NCBI GenBank assembly: GCA_030037595.1 | Contig: JASHQJ010000084.1 | Span: 1 to 45,116 of the forward strand | DNA length: 45,116 bases | Reading direction: 5' to 3' | From: Candidatus Binataceae bacterium | GTDB taxonomy: Bacteria > Desulfobacterota > Binatia > Binatales > Binataceae | Part shown: positions 25,436 to 35,700 of the stretch, piece after piece | Layout: the number at the start of each line of letters is the position of its first letter | Position numbering within the stretch: position 1 is the first letter of the stretch | Program-made: the position numbers and the translations under genes | Notes under the pieces: generated by a model | Database searches by the model: none | Told to the model about the DNA's origin: nothing | The model's input: the letters and a program-made list of their open reading frames with translations, nothing else

Positions 25436-26305
25436 ATGAAATCGTTGCTCGATGTTCTGACCGACGCTCACCGCCGCCAGGTCGCGGTCGGGCATTTTAA
25501 TTTTTCCGACCTCACCGCTCTCAACGCCGTGGTCGAAGCGGCGCGCGAGTTGAAGCTGCCCGTGATGGTCGGAGTATCGGAGGGCGAACGCGAGTTCGTC
25601 GGTGTCCGCGAGGCGGCGGCGCTGGTCAAAGTGAAACGCGAGCAGTCTGACCTCCCGCTGTTTCTAAATGCCGATCACACTCACTCCTTGGCCAAGGCTG
25701 AGGAAGCGGCACGCGCGGGCTTCGACGAAGTAATCTTCGACGGTTCGGCGCTGCCATTCGATAAGAACGTCGCGGAGACCAAACGCGCGGTCGAGGCGAT
25801 GAAGTCGATCAATCCGGCAATCGTCGTCGAGGGCGAAATCGGCTACATCGGCGCCGCCTCGGCGGTGCTCGAAAAGAAACCGGAAAACATGAGCGCGCTC
25901 ACCACCGCCGCCGAAGCGAAGCAGTTCGTTGACACGACCAAGGTCGATGTGCTGGCGCCCGCCGTGGGCAACATGCACGGGATGCTGGAGAGCATGGTGA
26001 GCGGCGAGGCCCACAAGCGCCTCAACATCGAGCGCATCGCGGAGCTGGAGAAGGCGACGGGAACGTTCATGACGCTGCACGGCGGTTCCGGCACCGACGA
26101 TGATGATTTCCGGCGCGCAATCAAGGCCGGAATGACGATCGTGCACGTCAACACCGAAATCCGAATCGCGTGGCGTCGCGGCGTCGAGTCGGCGCTCAAG
26201 AACAATCCGAACGAGGTCGCGCCCTACAAGATCCTGCCGGCCGGCCTCGAAGCAATCAAAATGATCGTGCTTGCGCGGCTGAAACTCTTCAGCTTCTTAT
26301 CATGA
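25436..26305 (+). CDS. fba: class II fructose/tagatose-bisphosphate aldolase family protein
   Basis: MKSLLDVLTDAHRRQVAVGHFNFSDL...NADHTHS...DGS...EGEIGYIG...LAPAVGNMHG...TLHGGSG are class II aldolase metal and substrate motifs. The inner ATG at 25436 is preferred over the track start at 25361. Confidence 0.85.
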   Translation: MKSLLDVLTDAHRRQVAVGHFNFSDLTALNAVVEAARELKLPVMVGVSEGEREFVGVREAAALVKVKREQSDLPLFLNADHTHSLAKAEEAARAGFDEVIFDGSALPFDKNVAETKRAVEAMKSINPAIVVEGEIGYIGAASAVLEKKPENMSALTTAAEAKQFVDTTKVDVLAPAVGNMHGMLESMVSGEAHKRLNIERIAELEKATGTFMTLHGGSGTDDDDFRRAIKAGMTIVHVNTEIRIAWRRGVESALKNNPNEVAPYKILPAGLEAIKMIVLARLKLFSFLS

Positions 26306-26308
26306 TCG

Positions 26309-26953
26309 ATGCGCGCGTCCGCGGTCGAACCTGAGCAAACTCCGCACGATGCCCCTCGGCGGCGGAGGCTTCCCCGTGAATTTTACGCGCGTCCAGTCCT
26401 CATCGTGGCGCGCGACTGTATCGGCAAAATTCTCGTGCATCGCACCGCCGCGGGCGAGGCCGCCGGACGCATCGTCGAATGCGAGGCTTATCGCGGGCCC
26501 CTCGATCTCGCGGCGCATTCGTCGCGCGGACTGACGCGGCGCACGGCCGCGATGTTCGGGCCGCCGGGTCACGCGTACATCTACCTGCTCTACGGAATCA
26601 GTTGGGCGATCAACCTGGTCGTCGCCGCAGAGGGCGAGCCGCACGCGGTACTGTTAAGAGCCCTCGAGCCGGTGCGGGGCATCGAGCTGATGGTGGAACG
26701 GCGGGGGCGGCCAGCTACCTCTCGCGATCTCACCAACGGTCCCGGCAAGCTGACCCAGGCGCTCGCGATCACCGGCCACGACTACGGCCGCGATCTTCTC
26801 GGCGACAAACTCTTTCTCGAAGATGCCTCGCCCGTCCGGCGCATCGGACGCTCGCCGCGAATCAATGTTGACTACGCGGGCGACTGGGCAAAGCGGCCGT
26901 GGCGCTTTTATGAGCGCGGCAATCGCTACGTCTCGGTCGCGCCACGCGACTAG
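26309..26953 (+). CDS. mpg: DNA-3-methyladenine glycosylase (MPG/AAG family)
   Basis: LPREFYARPVLIVARDCIGKILVH...GRIVECEAYRGPLDLAAHS...RTAAMFGPPGHAYIYLLYG...LLRALEP...NGPGKLTQALAI is the MPG family pattern. The ATG lies 3 nt after the aldolase stop. Confidence 0.85.
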   Translation: MRASAVEPEQTPHDAPRRRRLPREFYARPVLIVARDCIGKILVHRTAAGEAAGRIVECEAYRGPLDLAAHSSRGLTRRTAAMFGPPGHAYIYLLYGISWAINLVVAAEGEPHAVLLRALEPVRGIELMVERRGRPATSRDLTNGPGKLTQALAITGHDYGRDLLGDKLFLEDASPVRRIGRSPRINVDYAGDWAKRPWRFYERGNRYVSVAPRD

Positions 26954-26959
26954 CGCGCT

Positions 26960-28549
26960 CTAGCCCTCGTCTCTCAGTGCGCTGCGTCGAAGTTTGCCCG
27001 TCGAGGTGCGTGGCAGCTCGGTTCGGAATTCGATCCAGCGTGGACATTTGTAATGCGCCAGGCGCTCGCGCACGAACTGTTTCAACCGATCCGCGAATTC
27101 ATTGCACGCATCGCCGGGATTGCGCGGAACGATGAAAGCCCGAGGCTTGATCAGCGAATCGGCATCGGCCGCGCCAACCACAGCGGCGTCGAGCACGCCG
27201 GAATGTTCGAGCAGCGCGGCTTCGACTTCCACCGGCGAGAGCCAGATCCCTCCGACCTTCAGCATGTCGTCGCCGCGGCCCGCATAGTGATAGAAACCTT
27301 CCGCGTCCCGAGAGCACTTATCGCCCGTGCGGAGCCATCCATCGACGAAGGTGCGCGTGGTCGCATCGGGCGCGTTCCAGTATCCGGCCGCGATCGAATC
27401 ACCGCGAACCCACAAATCACCGACTTCGCCGACGTCCGCGTCGCTGCCGTCGTCCGATCGAATCGCGACTTCGTAGCCGCTGACTGGCGTGCCTGACGAC
27501 GCTTGGCGAACTGCGCCAGGCCGATTCGAAATGAAGATGTGCAACACCTCGGTCGATCCGAGGCCGTCGAGAATTTCGACACCGCATCGCGCGCGCCACT
27601 TCTCGGCGATCGCGGCGGGCAGAGCTTCGCCCGCGGATGCGCAGATACGGAGCTGCGATGAGAGCGGCTCGGCGTTGTTCTCGAGATGCGCGAGGATCGA
27701 CGCGAACAGCGTCGGCACGCCGAAGAACATTGTCGGCTGATGGGTACGCATCGCGCGTATTATCGATTGCGCCGTCGCACGCTCGGGCATCAGGATCGAC
27801 GTTGCGCCCGCGTGCAGTGGAAATGTGCAGGCGTTGCCAAGACCGTACGCGAAAAACATCTTAGACGCGGAGAAGATGCGATCGCGCCCGGTGATTCCCA
27901 GCACGCCGTCGCCATAGTGGACGGCGGTGTGGAGCAAATCGGCGTGCCGATGCATCACGCCTTTCGGTTTGCCAGTGCTGCCAGACGAATAGAGCCAGAA
28001 GCCAATATCGCCGGCGCGCGTCGGCGCGGCCTCGATCGTTGTCCCGGCATTCTCGCCGGCGAGCGCGTCAAGAGAGAGCGCGACGCGAGCGACGTCGGCC
28101 GCGGCGCCATCGGCGACGATCAGATTTCGAATCGCGCAAATGCCGGAGAGCACGGGTCGCCAAAGGTCGCCGAGTGCGGAGGAAAGAACCACCGCCACGG
28201 GTTCGCTGTCGCGCGCGATCGCCTCGTAGTCGGCCGCCGTCAGGTACGTATTGATCGGCACCGGTATCGCGCCGATTTTGAGCGCGCCGAAGAAGATCGC
28301 CGGAAAGTTGATCGAATCGAGGAGACACAAAATCACGCGATCGCCGACGTTGACGCCGCAATCTTTGAGCGCCGCCGCGGCGCCCGCGACGCGGCGTGCG
28401 AGCTCGAAATATGAATGAGGCCCCGACTCGTCAACGAACGCGATTCGTTCCCCGTTTCCTTCATCAAGGTGGCGATCGACGAAATATGATGCGGCGTTGA
28501 ATCGCTGGCCAAAGTCGATTGTCGTTCGTCGGTCGGACTTCATAGGCAT
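26960..28549 (-). CDS. bclA: benzoate-CoA ligase (AMP-forming)
   Basis: FNAASYFVDRHL..G...IAF, the AMP motif FWLYSSGSTGKPKGVMHRHADL, and the C-terminal TSTGKLRRSALR identify it. It is adjacent to boxR-boxC-boxB. I placed the start at ATG 28549 (GAGGG 8 nt upstream). The track start at 28633 would overlap boxR. Confidence 0.85.
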   Translation of the reverse strand: MPMKSDRRTTIDFGQRFNAASYFVDRHLDEGNGERIAFVDESGPHSYFELARRVAGAAAALKDCGVNVGDRVILCLLDSINFPAIFFGALKIGAIPVPINTYLTAADYEAIARDSEPVAVVLSSALGDLWRPVLSGICAIRNLIVADGAAADVARVALSLDALAGENAGTTIEAAPTRAGDIGFWLYSSGSTGKPKGVMHRHADLLHTAVHYGDGVLGITGRDRIFSASKMFFAYGLGNACTFPLHAGATSILMPERATAQSIIRAMRTHQPTMFFGVPTLFASILAHLENNAEPLSSQLRICASAGEALPAAIAEKWRARCGVEILDGLGSTEVLHIFISNRPGAVRQASSGTPVSGYEVAIRSDDGSDADVGEVGDLWVRGDSIAAGYWNAPDATTRTFVDGWLRTGDKCSRDAEGFYHYAGRGDDMLKVGGIWLSPVEVEAALLEHSGVLDAAVVGAADADSLIKPRAFIVPRNPGDACNEFADRLKQFVRERLAHYKCPRWIEFRTELPRTSTGKLRRSALRDEG

Positions 28550-28607
28550 CAGCCGCGCCCTCGTGCTATAGGCAAGATAATGCATATTGTTGACCGACGA
28601 GCAATCG

Positions 28608-29519
28608 ATGACGGCCGGCCGTAAGCTCGCCAAGGCCGCCCGCGAGGACGTTGAAGCTGCGCCGCTCTCACGCCCCGACTACCTCAGGCTTCTCGGCGCG
28701 CGCGTGCGTGACGCCCGCGCACGCCACGGCATGACGCGGCGGATGCTCGCGCGAGACTCGGGAATCTCGGAGCGCTACCTCGCCGAACTTGAATCCGGCC
28801 GCGGCAATTTCTCGATCGTATTGCTGCGGCGCCTCGCGAGCGCAATCGACGTGGCACTTTCGGAGCTGGTTGACCAGAACCCGCCTCCTCCGGTCGAGTA
28901 CGTTTTACTCGCGGAACGGCTTCGCCGCCTGAGCCCCAATGACCTCGAGTCCGCCACCGCGATTCTCACGCGGCGCTTTGGTGATCTCAGTTTCCGGCGC
29001 GATCGGATCGCATTGATTGGTCTTCGCGGTGCGGGCAAGAGCACGCTGGGCGCGCTGCTGGCGGAGCACCTCGGATGGGAATTCGTCGAGCTGAGCCGCG
29101 AGATCGAAACCAACGCCGGCGTCGCCGTCGACGAAATCTTCGACCTCTGGGGGCAAGCTGCCTATCGCCGCTACGAGCGGCGCGCACTCGAGCGCCTGCT
29201 GCATTCCCGCCCGCGAATCGTGATGGCAACTGCTGGCGGCATCGTCTCCGAGCCATCCACGTTTCAACGTCTGCTCGAATCGTGCTGGACGGTCTGGCTT
29301 AAAGCGTCGCCGCGCGAGCATTGGCATCGCGTAATATGCCAGGGCGACCTGCGCGTGCGCGAGGAAACGGGTGATGAACAGGCAATGCTCGATATGCGCC
29401 GCATCCTCGCCCAGCGCGACGAGCTTTACGCCAAGGCCGATGCGCGCGTGATAACGAGCGGCAAAACGGTGCGGCAGGCACTCAAAGAATTGATCGCGAA
29501 GGCCAAAGCGCGGCAGTAA
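28608..29519 (+). CDS. boxR: BoxR/BzdR-type regulator (XRE HTH fused to a shikimate-kinase-like domain)
   Basis: The N-terminal HTH is LGARVRDARARHGMTRRMLARDSGISERYLAELESGRGNFSIVLLRRLA. The C-terminal domain has a P-loop, IALIGLRGAGKSTLGALLAEHLGW, and shikimate-kinase-like motifs. The genomic context is the box genes. An alternative TTG start lies at 28587. Confidence 0.8.
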   Translation: MTAGRKLAKAAREDVEAAPLSRPDYLRLLGARVRDARARHGMTRRMLARDSGISERYLAELESGRGNFSIVLLRRLASAIDVALSELVDQNPPPPVEYVLLAERLRRLSPNDLESATAILTRRFGDLSFRRDRIALIGLRGAGKSTLGALLAEHLGWEFVELSREIETNAGVAVDEIFDLWGQAAYRRYERRALERLLHSRPRIVMATAGGIVSEPSTFQRLLESCWTVWLKASPREHWHRVICQGDLRVREETGDEQAMLDMRRILAQRDELYAKADARVITSGKTVRQALKELIAKAKARQ

Positions 29520-29587
29520 CAAAATGATGTTTGCGCGCAATGGTGTAACTGCCTTATAACGCATACACGAAACGAGGCCATTCACGG

Positions 29588-31237
29588 ATGATTGACTTTC
29601 GCACAGAACCCGGCCGCTATCGCCACTGGAAGCTCAAGATCGACGGCGCCGTGGCCGAACTCGTCCTGGAGGTTGACGAGAACGGCGGGCTCTTTCCCGG
29701 TTACGAGCTGAAACTCAACTCGTACGACCTCGGCGTCGATATCGAACTTTACGACGCGGTCCAACGCCTGCGCTTCGAGCATCCCGAGATTGGATGCGTG
29801 ATAGTGCGTTCCGGACGCGAGCGAGTTTTCTCGGCCGGCGCCAACATCAGGATGCTCGCGCAAACGAGCCACGGCCTGAAGGTCAACTTCTGCAAGTTTA
29901 CGAACGAGACGCGCAACGCAATCGAGGACGCGACGCTTAACTCAGGACAGCGCTACATCGCTGCTATCAACGGCGCGTGCGCGGGTGGCGGTTACGAACT
30001 GGCGCTCGCCACCGACTACCTGCTCATGGCCGATGACGGCGCGACCGCAGTTTCGTTGCCCGAAGTTCCGCTGCTCGCCGTCCTTCCCGGCACAGGCGGG
30101 CTTACGCGGCTGGTTGACAAGCGCGGCGTGCGGCGCGACCGCGCGGATTTCTTCTGCACCACAGAGGAAGGAATCAAAGGTCGTCGCGCAGTCGAATGGA
30201 GGCTGGTCGACGAAGTCGTGCCGCGCACGCAGCTGCTAGAGACCGCGCGCAAGCGAGCACTCGAATCTGTGGCGCACGCGACCGATCGGGGCAACGCCGG
30301 CGGTATCGCGCTTTCGCCTCTTGAGCGCACGATTGAGGATTCGCGCGTCCTCTACTCTCACATCAAGATCGTTCTCGATCACGACCTTGCGGCAGCGACT
30401 CTGACTTTGCGCGGCCCAGACGGCCCGCCGCCGCAGAACGCTGCTGGCGCTCATGCGATGGGCGACCGCTTCTGGCCGCTCGCGATCGCGCGCGAACTCG
30501 ATGACGCGATCCTGCATCTCCGCTTCAATGAAGACTCGATTCGGACCTGGGTTTTCCGCACTGAGGGCGATTTGCGTACGGTTGCTGCGTACGATCGGTT
30601 CCTCGCGCAAAACTCGAGCGACTGGCTGGTCCACGAGGTAACGCTTTACCTCAAGCGGACCTTGAAGCGGCTCGACGTTAGCTCGCGTTCGATCTTTGCG
30701 CTGATCGAACCAGGGTCATGCTTTGCCGGGACCCTTCTTGAGCTCGCGCTTTCCGCCGATCGCATCTACATGCTGAGCGGCCAGCGTGAAGGCGAGGAAC
30801 TACCCGCCGCGACGATGATTCTGACAGAGATAAATTTCGGAGCCCTCCCGATGTGCAATGGACTGACGCGGCTCGAGAGCCGCTTCCTAGATAATCGCGA
30901 GCAAATCGAGACACTCCGCTGTGAAGTTGGAAACGAAATCGATGCCGCGCGAGCGGAGCGGCTCGGACTCGCGACTTTCACCCCCGACGATATCGATTGG
31001 AACGATGAAGTTCGTCTCGCGATCGAGGAACGCGCGGTATTTTCGTCGGACGCGCTAACCGGGATGGAAGCGTCGCTGAGGTTCGCTGGTCCCGAAACGA
31101 TCGAAAGCAAAATCTTTGCGCGCCTCTCGGCGTGGCAAAACTGGATTTTTCAACGGCCGAACGCCGTCGGCGACAAGGGTGCGTTGAAGCGTTACGGGAG
31201 CGGTCAGCGCGCCGAATTCGATTCCAGGAGAGTGTAA
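29588..31237 (+). CDS. boxC: 2,3-epoxybenzoyl-CoA dihydrolase (benzoyl-CoA-dihydrodiol lyase)
   Basis: YRHWKLKIDG..., GYELKLNSYDLGVDIELYDAVQRLRFEHPE, KVNFCKFTNETRNAIED, NGACAGGGYELALA, LPEVPLLAVLPGTGGLTR and the C-terminal AWQNWIFQRPNAVGDKGALKRYG closely follow the Azoarcus BoxC sequence as I recall it. Confidence 0.9.
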   Translation: MIDFRTEPGRYRHWKLKIDGAVAELVLEVDENGGLFPGYELKLNSYDLGVDIELYDAVQRLRFEHPEIGCVIVRSGRERVFSAGANIRMLAQTSHGLKVNFCKFTNETRNAIEDATLNSGQRYIAAINGACAGGGYELALATDYLLMADDGATAVSLPEVPLLAVLPGTGGLTRLVDKRGVRRDRADFFCTTEEGIKGRRAVEWRLVDEVVPRTQLLETARKRALESVAHATDRGNAGGIALSPLERTIEDSRVLYSHIKIVLDHDLAAATLTLRGPDGPPPQNAAGAHAMGDRFWPLAIARELDDAILHLRFNEDSIRTWVFRTEGDLRTVAAYDRFLAQNSSDWLVHEVTLYLKRTLKRLDVSSRSIFALIEPGSCFAGTLLELALSADRIYMLSGQREGEELPAATMILTEINFGALPMCNGLTRLESRFLDNREQIETLRCEVGNEIDAARAERLGLATFTPDDIDWNDEVRLAIEERAVFSSDALTGMEASLRFAGPETIESKIFARLSAWQNWIFQRPNAVGDKGALKRYGSGQRAEFDSRRV

Positions 31238-32656
31238 GTGTCAATCGACTATTCCGAGAAAATTCCCAACAACGTATCGCTTTCCGACAACCGCCGCCTG
31301 AAGCGCGCGCTCGAGGAATGGCAGCCGCACTTTCTCGACTGGTGGCGCGAGCTCGGCCCCGAGGGCTTTCAGCATCACGACGTTTATCTGCGGACCGCCA
31401 CATCGGTTGACGCTCAAGGTTGGGCGACGTTCGGGTATGTGAAGATGCCGGATTATCGATGGGGAATTTTCCTCGCTGAACATGGCGGCGATCGCCGGAT
31501 CGGTTTCGGCGAGCATCGCGGCGAGCCCGCCTGGCAGGAAATTCCCGGAGAGCATCGCGGAACGCTACGCCGCCTCATCGTGACGCAGGGCGACACCGAG
31601 CCGGCCTCCGTCGAGCAGCAGCGCCACCTCGGCCGCACATGTCCCTCGCTCTACGACTTGCGCAATCTCCTCCAGGTCAACGTCGAGGAGGGGCGCCATC
31701 TATGGGCGATGGTCTATCTGCTTCACGCCTACTTCGGCCGCGACGGACGCGAGGAGGCTGAGGCCCTGCTCGCGCGACGCTCCGGCAGCGCCGACAACCC
31801 TCGCATCCTCGGCGCGTTCAACGAGCGGACGCCGGACTGGCTTTCGTTTTTCATGTTTACACACTTCACGGATCGCGACGGCAAGTATCAGCTCGCGAGC
31901 CTCGCCGAATCGGGCTTCGATCCGCTCGCCCGCACCTGCCGCTTCATGCTCACCGAGGAAGCGCATCATCTGTTCGTCGGCGAGTTCGGAGTCGGCCGCG
32001 TCGTCGCGCGCACCTGTGAGCTGATGAAGCAGCACAACACCGATCGCGTGAGCGAGTACGGTGGAATCGATCTCGCTATCATTCAAAAGTACATAAACTT
32101 CCACTACTCGGTTTCGCTCGATCTGTTCGGCTCGGAACTTTCGACGAACGCCGCGAACTACTACAGCGCCGGCCTCAAGGGACGCTTCAAGGAACCGGCG
32201 CACGACGACGATCACCGCCTCACCGAGAGCACGCGAGGAGTGATGAAGCCCGAGGGCGAGCTAATCCTGGAGAAAGAGGAGCCGGCGCTGCTCGCACTCA
32301 ACGAGGCGCTGCGCGAGGAATACATCTTTGACTCCGAGCGCGGCGTCGAGCGCTGGAACAAGATTATCCGCAACGCGGGTATCGACTATGCGCTCAAGCT
32401 GCCGCATCGCGCATTTCGGCGCGCAATCGGCAATTTCAAGGAGGTCAACGTCACGCCCAATGGCGAGATTGTTTCCGCCGCGAAATGGCAACGGCGCGAG
32501 GCTGAATGGCTGCCGACCGCCGCCGAGCGCGAGTTCGTCGGCTCGTTGATGAAGCCGGTTACGCGCCCCGGCCAGTTTGCGTCATGGATCGCGCCACCGC
32601 CGCGCGGCATCAACCATCAGCCGATCGACTTCGAGTACGTTAGGCTGAAAGAGTAA
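31238..32656 (+). CDS. boxB: benzoyl-CoA 2,3-epoxidase (oxygenase) subunit B
   Basis: YSEKIPNNVSLSDNRRLKRALEEWQPHFLDWW, GYVKMPDYRWGIFLA, IVTQGDTEPASVEQQRHLG, NVEEGRHLWAMVYLLH and FMLTEEAHHLFVGE (di-iron ligands) match BoxB along the whole length. The GTG start directly follows the boxC stop codon (TAA). Confidence 0.92.
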   Translation: MSIDYSEKIPNNVSLSDNRRLKRALEEWQPHFLDWWRELGPEGFQHHDVYLRTATSVDAQGWATFGYVKMPDYRWGIFLAEHGGDRRIGFGEHRGEPAWQEIPGEHRGTLRRLIVTQGDTEPASVEQQRHLGRTCPSLYDLRNLLQVNVEEGRHLWAMVYLLHAYFGRDGREEAEALLARRSGSADNPRILGAFNERTPDWLSFFMFTHFTDRDGKYQLASLAESGFDPLARTCRFMLTEEAHHLFVGEFGVGRVVARTCELMKQHNTDRVSEYGGIDLAIIQKYINFHYSVSLDLFGSELSTNAANYYSAGLKGRFKEPAHDDDHRLTESTRGVMKPEGELILEKEEPALLALNEALREEYIFDSERGVERWNKIIRNAGIDYALKLPHRAFRRAIGNFKEVNVTPNGEIVSAAKWQRREAEWLPTAAEREFVGSLMKPVTRPGQFASWIAPPPRGINHQPIDFEYVRLKE

Positions 32657-32728
32657 TCCACAGCCTGCGCGTCTCGTCGCTGAAAAGCCGGCGCTGAAAG
32701 TATAAACTTCAGTGCGGCCGCTCAGCGA

Positions 32729-35700
32729 ATGATTCGGCTTCATTATTCAAATCGACTCGACTCTCTGATTGACCCGCTCGCCCGCGCCGTGATCGATGCG
32801 CAGCAGGGTGACGCGCTGACGCCGGTCGATATTGTCGTGCCGAACCGCGCGACCGAGCAGTTCGTCAAGTTCGAGCTTGCCCAACACCTCGGCATCGCCG
32901 CCAACCTCCGCTTCCCGTTCCTGCGCGCTTTCCTCGGCCGAATTGTCGGGCAGTCTGACGCTCGCCTTCGAGTGCTCGAGGCTGATACGCTCCAGGGCGT
33001 AATCTTTGAGGCACTCCGCCGAGCCTCGGGCCACGCCGTTTCTGATCTCGCGCCCGCGCTCGACTATATCGGCGGCGGTGTCCGACCCGCTGACCGGGAG
33101 TCACGCGCACTACAGCTGAGCGCGCGTGTCGCGGCACTTTTTCGCGAGTACTCGATTTCCCGCCGTCCGATGATCGATGCGTGGCAGCGCGATCGCGCAT
33201 ACGCAGTCGGAACATTCGCGCGTGCCGAACGATGGCAGCGCGCGCTCTGGCGAATGATCTTCGACGAACACCGCTGCGTCCGCTCCGAATTTCAGGGCAA
33301 CGGCGCGCACCGCTGGATGCTTCTACCCGATACCATGGCGGCAATCGATGGAGATTCGCTGCGTCGCGCCCTGCGTGGTCCGCTCCATATCTTCGGTCTG
33401 GCCTATGTAGGCACCGCCTTCGCCGAAATCTTCAACCGTCTCGGGCAGATAGTTGACGTTCGAATCTACGCAATCAATCCATGCATGGAATTCTGGGAAG
33501 ACCTCGATACCTCGCGGCGAAGCGATCGCACGCGATGGCCGCGGCGCGGCGAAAAACTCGGCGGCGCGCTGCTCGATTCGGACGATCCGTTCGGACTGTT
33601 GAATACCGAAGACACGCGCGCGCTACAGTACTGGGGGCGGCCCGGCCGCGAATATATTCGCCTACTAAATGAGTTGACTGAATGTGAATTCGAACCCCAT
33701 TTCGTTGAACCTGGATCGGAACAGAATTCGGCTCTGCTCCAGCGCTTGCAACGTGACATCCTGTTCCGCATTCCGACGCTCGAGCCTGTCGCCGAAGGCC
33801 ATGGAGCGGAGGATGATCGCTCGATTCGATTCCTCGCCTGCCCGAGCATCCGCCGCGAGGTGGAGATCGTTGCCAACGCGATCTGGTCGATGATCCGGAG
33901 CGACGCCGTCGAGCATCGCCCACTTCGCTTTCACGAAATCGCGATCTCGATGCCGACCGCCGTGAGCACCGCCTATCTGCCGCATATCGAGGCGGTATTC
34001 GCCGAGCTGCACGACCTTCCGATCGATATCATCGCGCGCGGCAGCGCCGAGAGCCGAATCGCCGAGGCGTTCGAACTTCTACTTGACCTGCCGCTCGGCC
34101 GCTTCACGCGCGAGCAGATGCTGCGCCTGCTGACGCATCCGGCGATCGGCGGTGGCGACGGCGAACTCAAAAGCGAGCGATGGTCCGCCTGGGCGCACAT
34201 ACTCGGCGTTTACCTTGGCGCTGACGATGACGATCTGGGCAACACATACATCCGCGGACTCTATCACTGGGACCAAGCTCTCAAGCGGCTTGCCCTCGGA
34301 ATTTTCATGGACGGCGCGCAGGGCGACGACGTCAGGATGTTCCAATCGGCAGACAGCGAAGCGTATCTACCGCTCGAGCTGGCCGAAGACGATCTCGACG
34401 GCGCGGCGCGGATGATGCGGCTCGCGCGCGGCATGATCGACGACGCGCGCAGAATGCAGACGGCGCGCCTCAGCCCCAAGGACTGGTCGCGCCTTCTTAT
34501 CGAATTGATCTCGACCTACATCCCCGCGGGTGCAGCCGACGACGAACGCGTGCGCGAGCGCTTTCTCGAAGCGATCGAATCTGTCGCGCAGGAAGATTTC
34601 TCCGCCGGTCCGATCGGCTACGAGGCTCTGCGCGAGATGGTGCGTGCCCGGATCGGCGAGCTCGATGCGATGCAGGGGCGCTTAAGCCGCCAGGGCATCG
34701 CGATCGCGCCGCTCTCGGCGATTCAGTCCATCCCGTTCAAGGTTATCTTCGCCATCGGACTCGACGAAGGAATCTTTCCCGAGCACGAGCCGAATGATCA
34801 GCTTGATTTGCGCGGTGCGCGGCGCCTGGCCGGCGACGTTTCACCAGCCGATCGCGACCGCTTCGGATTTCTGCAACTCCTGCTTGCGGCACGTGAGCGC
34901 CTTTTCCTTTCCTATGTCGCGCGCGACGGGCAAACGGGAGATCCGCTCGAGCCCTCGTCAGTAATCCGCGAATTGCAGAGTGTGCTTCGCGGTTACCTCG
35001 ACGAGAAGACGCTAAAGGAGCTTACGATCCATCATCGCGTGAGCCGTTACGATCCCAAATATTTTCCGGCGCTGGCCGGCCAACCCGAAACACCGTTGTC
35101 ACGCGAATCCGAAAGTTTCGATCCTGATGCGCGGCGCGGCGCGCGCGTAGCAGCGCTGCGGAGCGACCTCGAGAGTCACTTACGCGGCGCGCCGCTGCCC
35201 AGGCGAAGCGAAGACTTAATCGGCACATTCAGTCCAGAGATTCAGGCGAACCTGCGGCGGCAGTTGCGCGTAGTCGAACGACCCGAGGTCAAAGGCAGCG
35301 GCGTTCGCGACGATCGTGAAATTCGAGTCATGGTTGCCGCGCTAAGGCACTACCTCGAATGTCCGTTGCAGGGTGCGGCGCGATACGCGCTCGGGATGGA
35401 GAACGAGGAATACGAGGAACCCGCCGAGGACGAACCGCTCGAGCTCTCGCGCCTCGACCAAACGATACTGCTGCGCGACGTTTTCAGAAAAGGATGCGCC
35501 GAGGCCGAGAAGATGCGGGCCGCATACGAGCATGCGTTTCGCATCGCGCAGATGAAGGGCCAGGCGCCGGCCGGATCGTTCGGCGACGCGGCGGCAAAAC
35601 GCGACGAGACGAGGCTCCTTCATTGGTGCAAACTGCTCGGCGAGTCGATCAACGGATGGGAGGAGATTCGGCTCGGTCCTGCGGACGAATTTTCAGCGCC

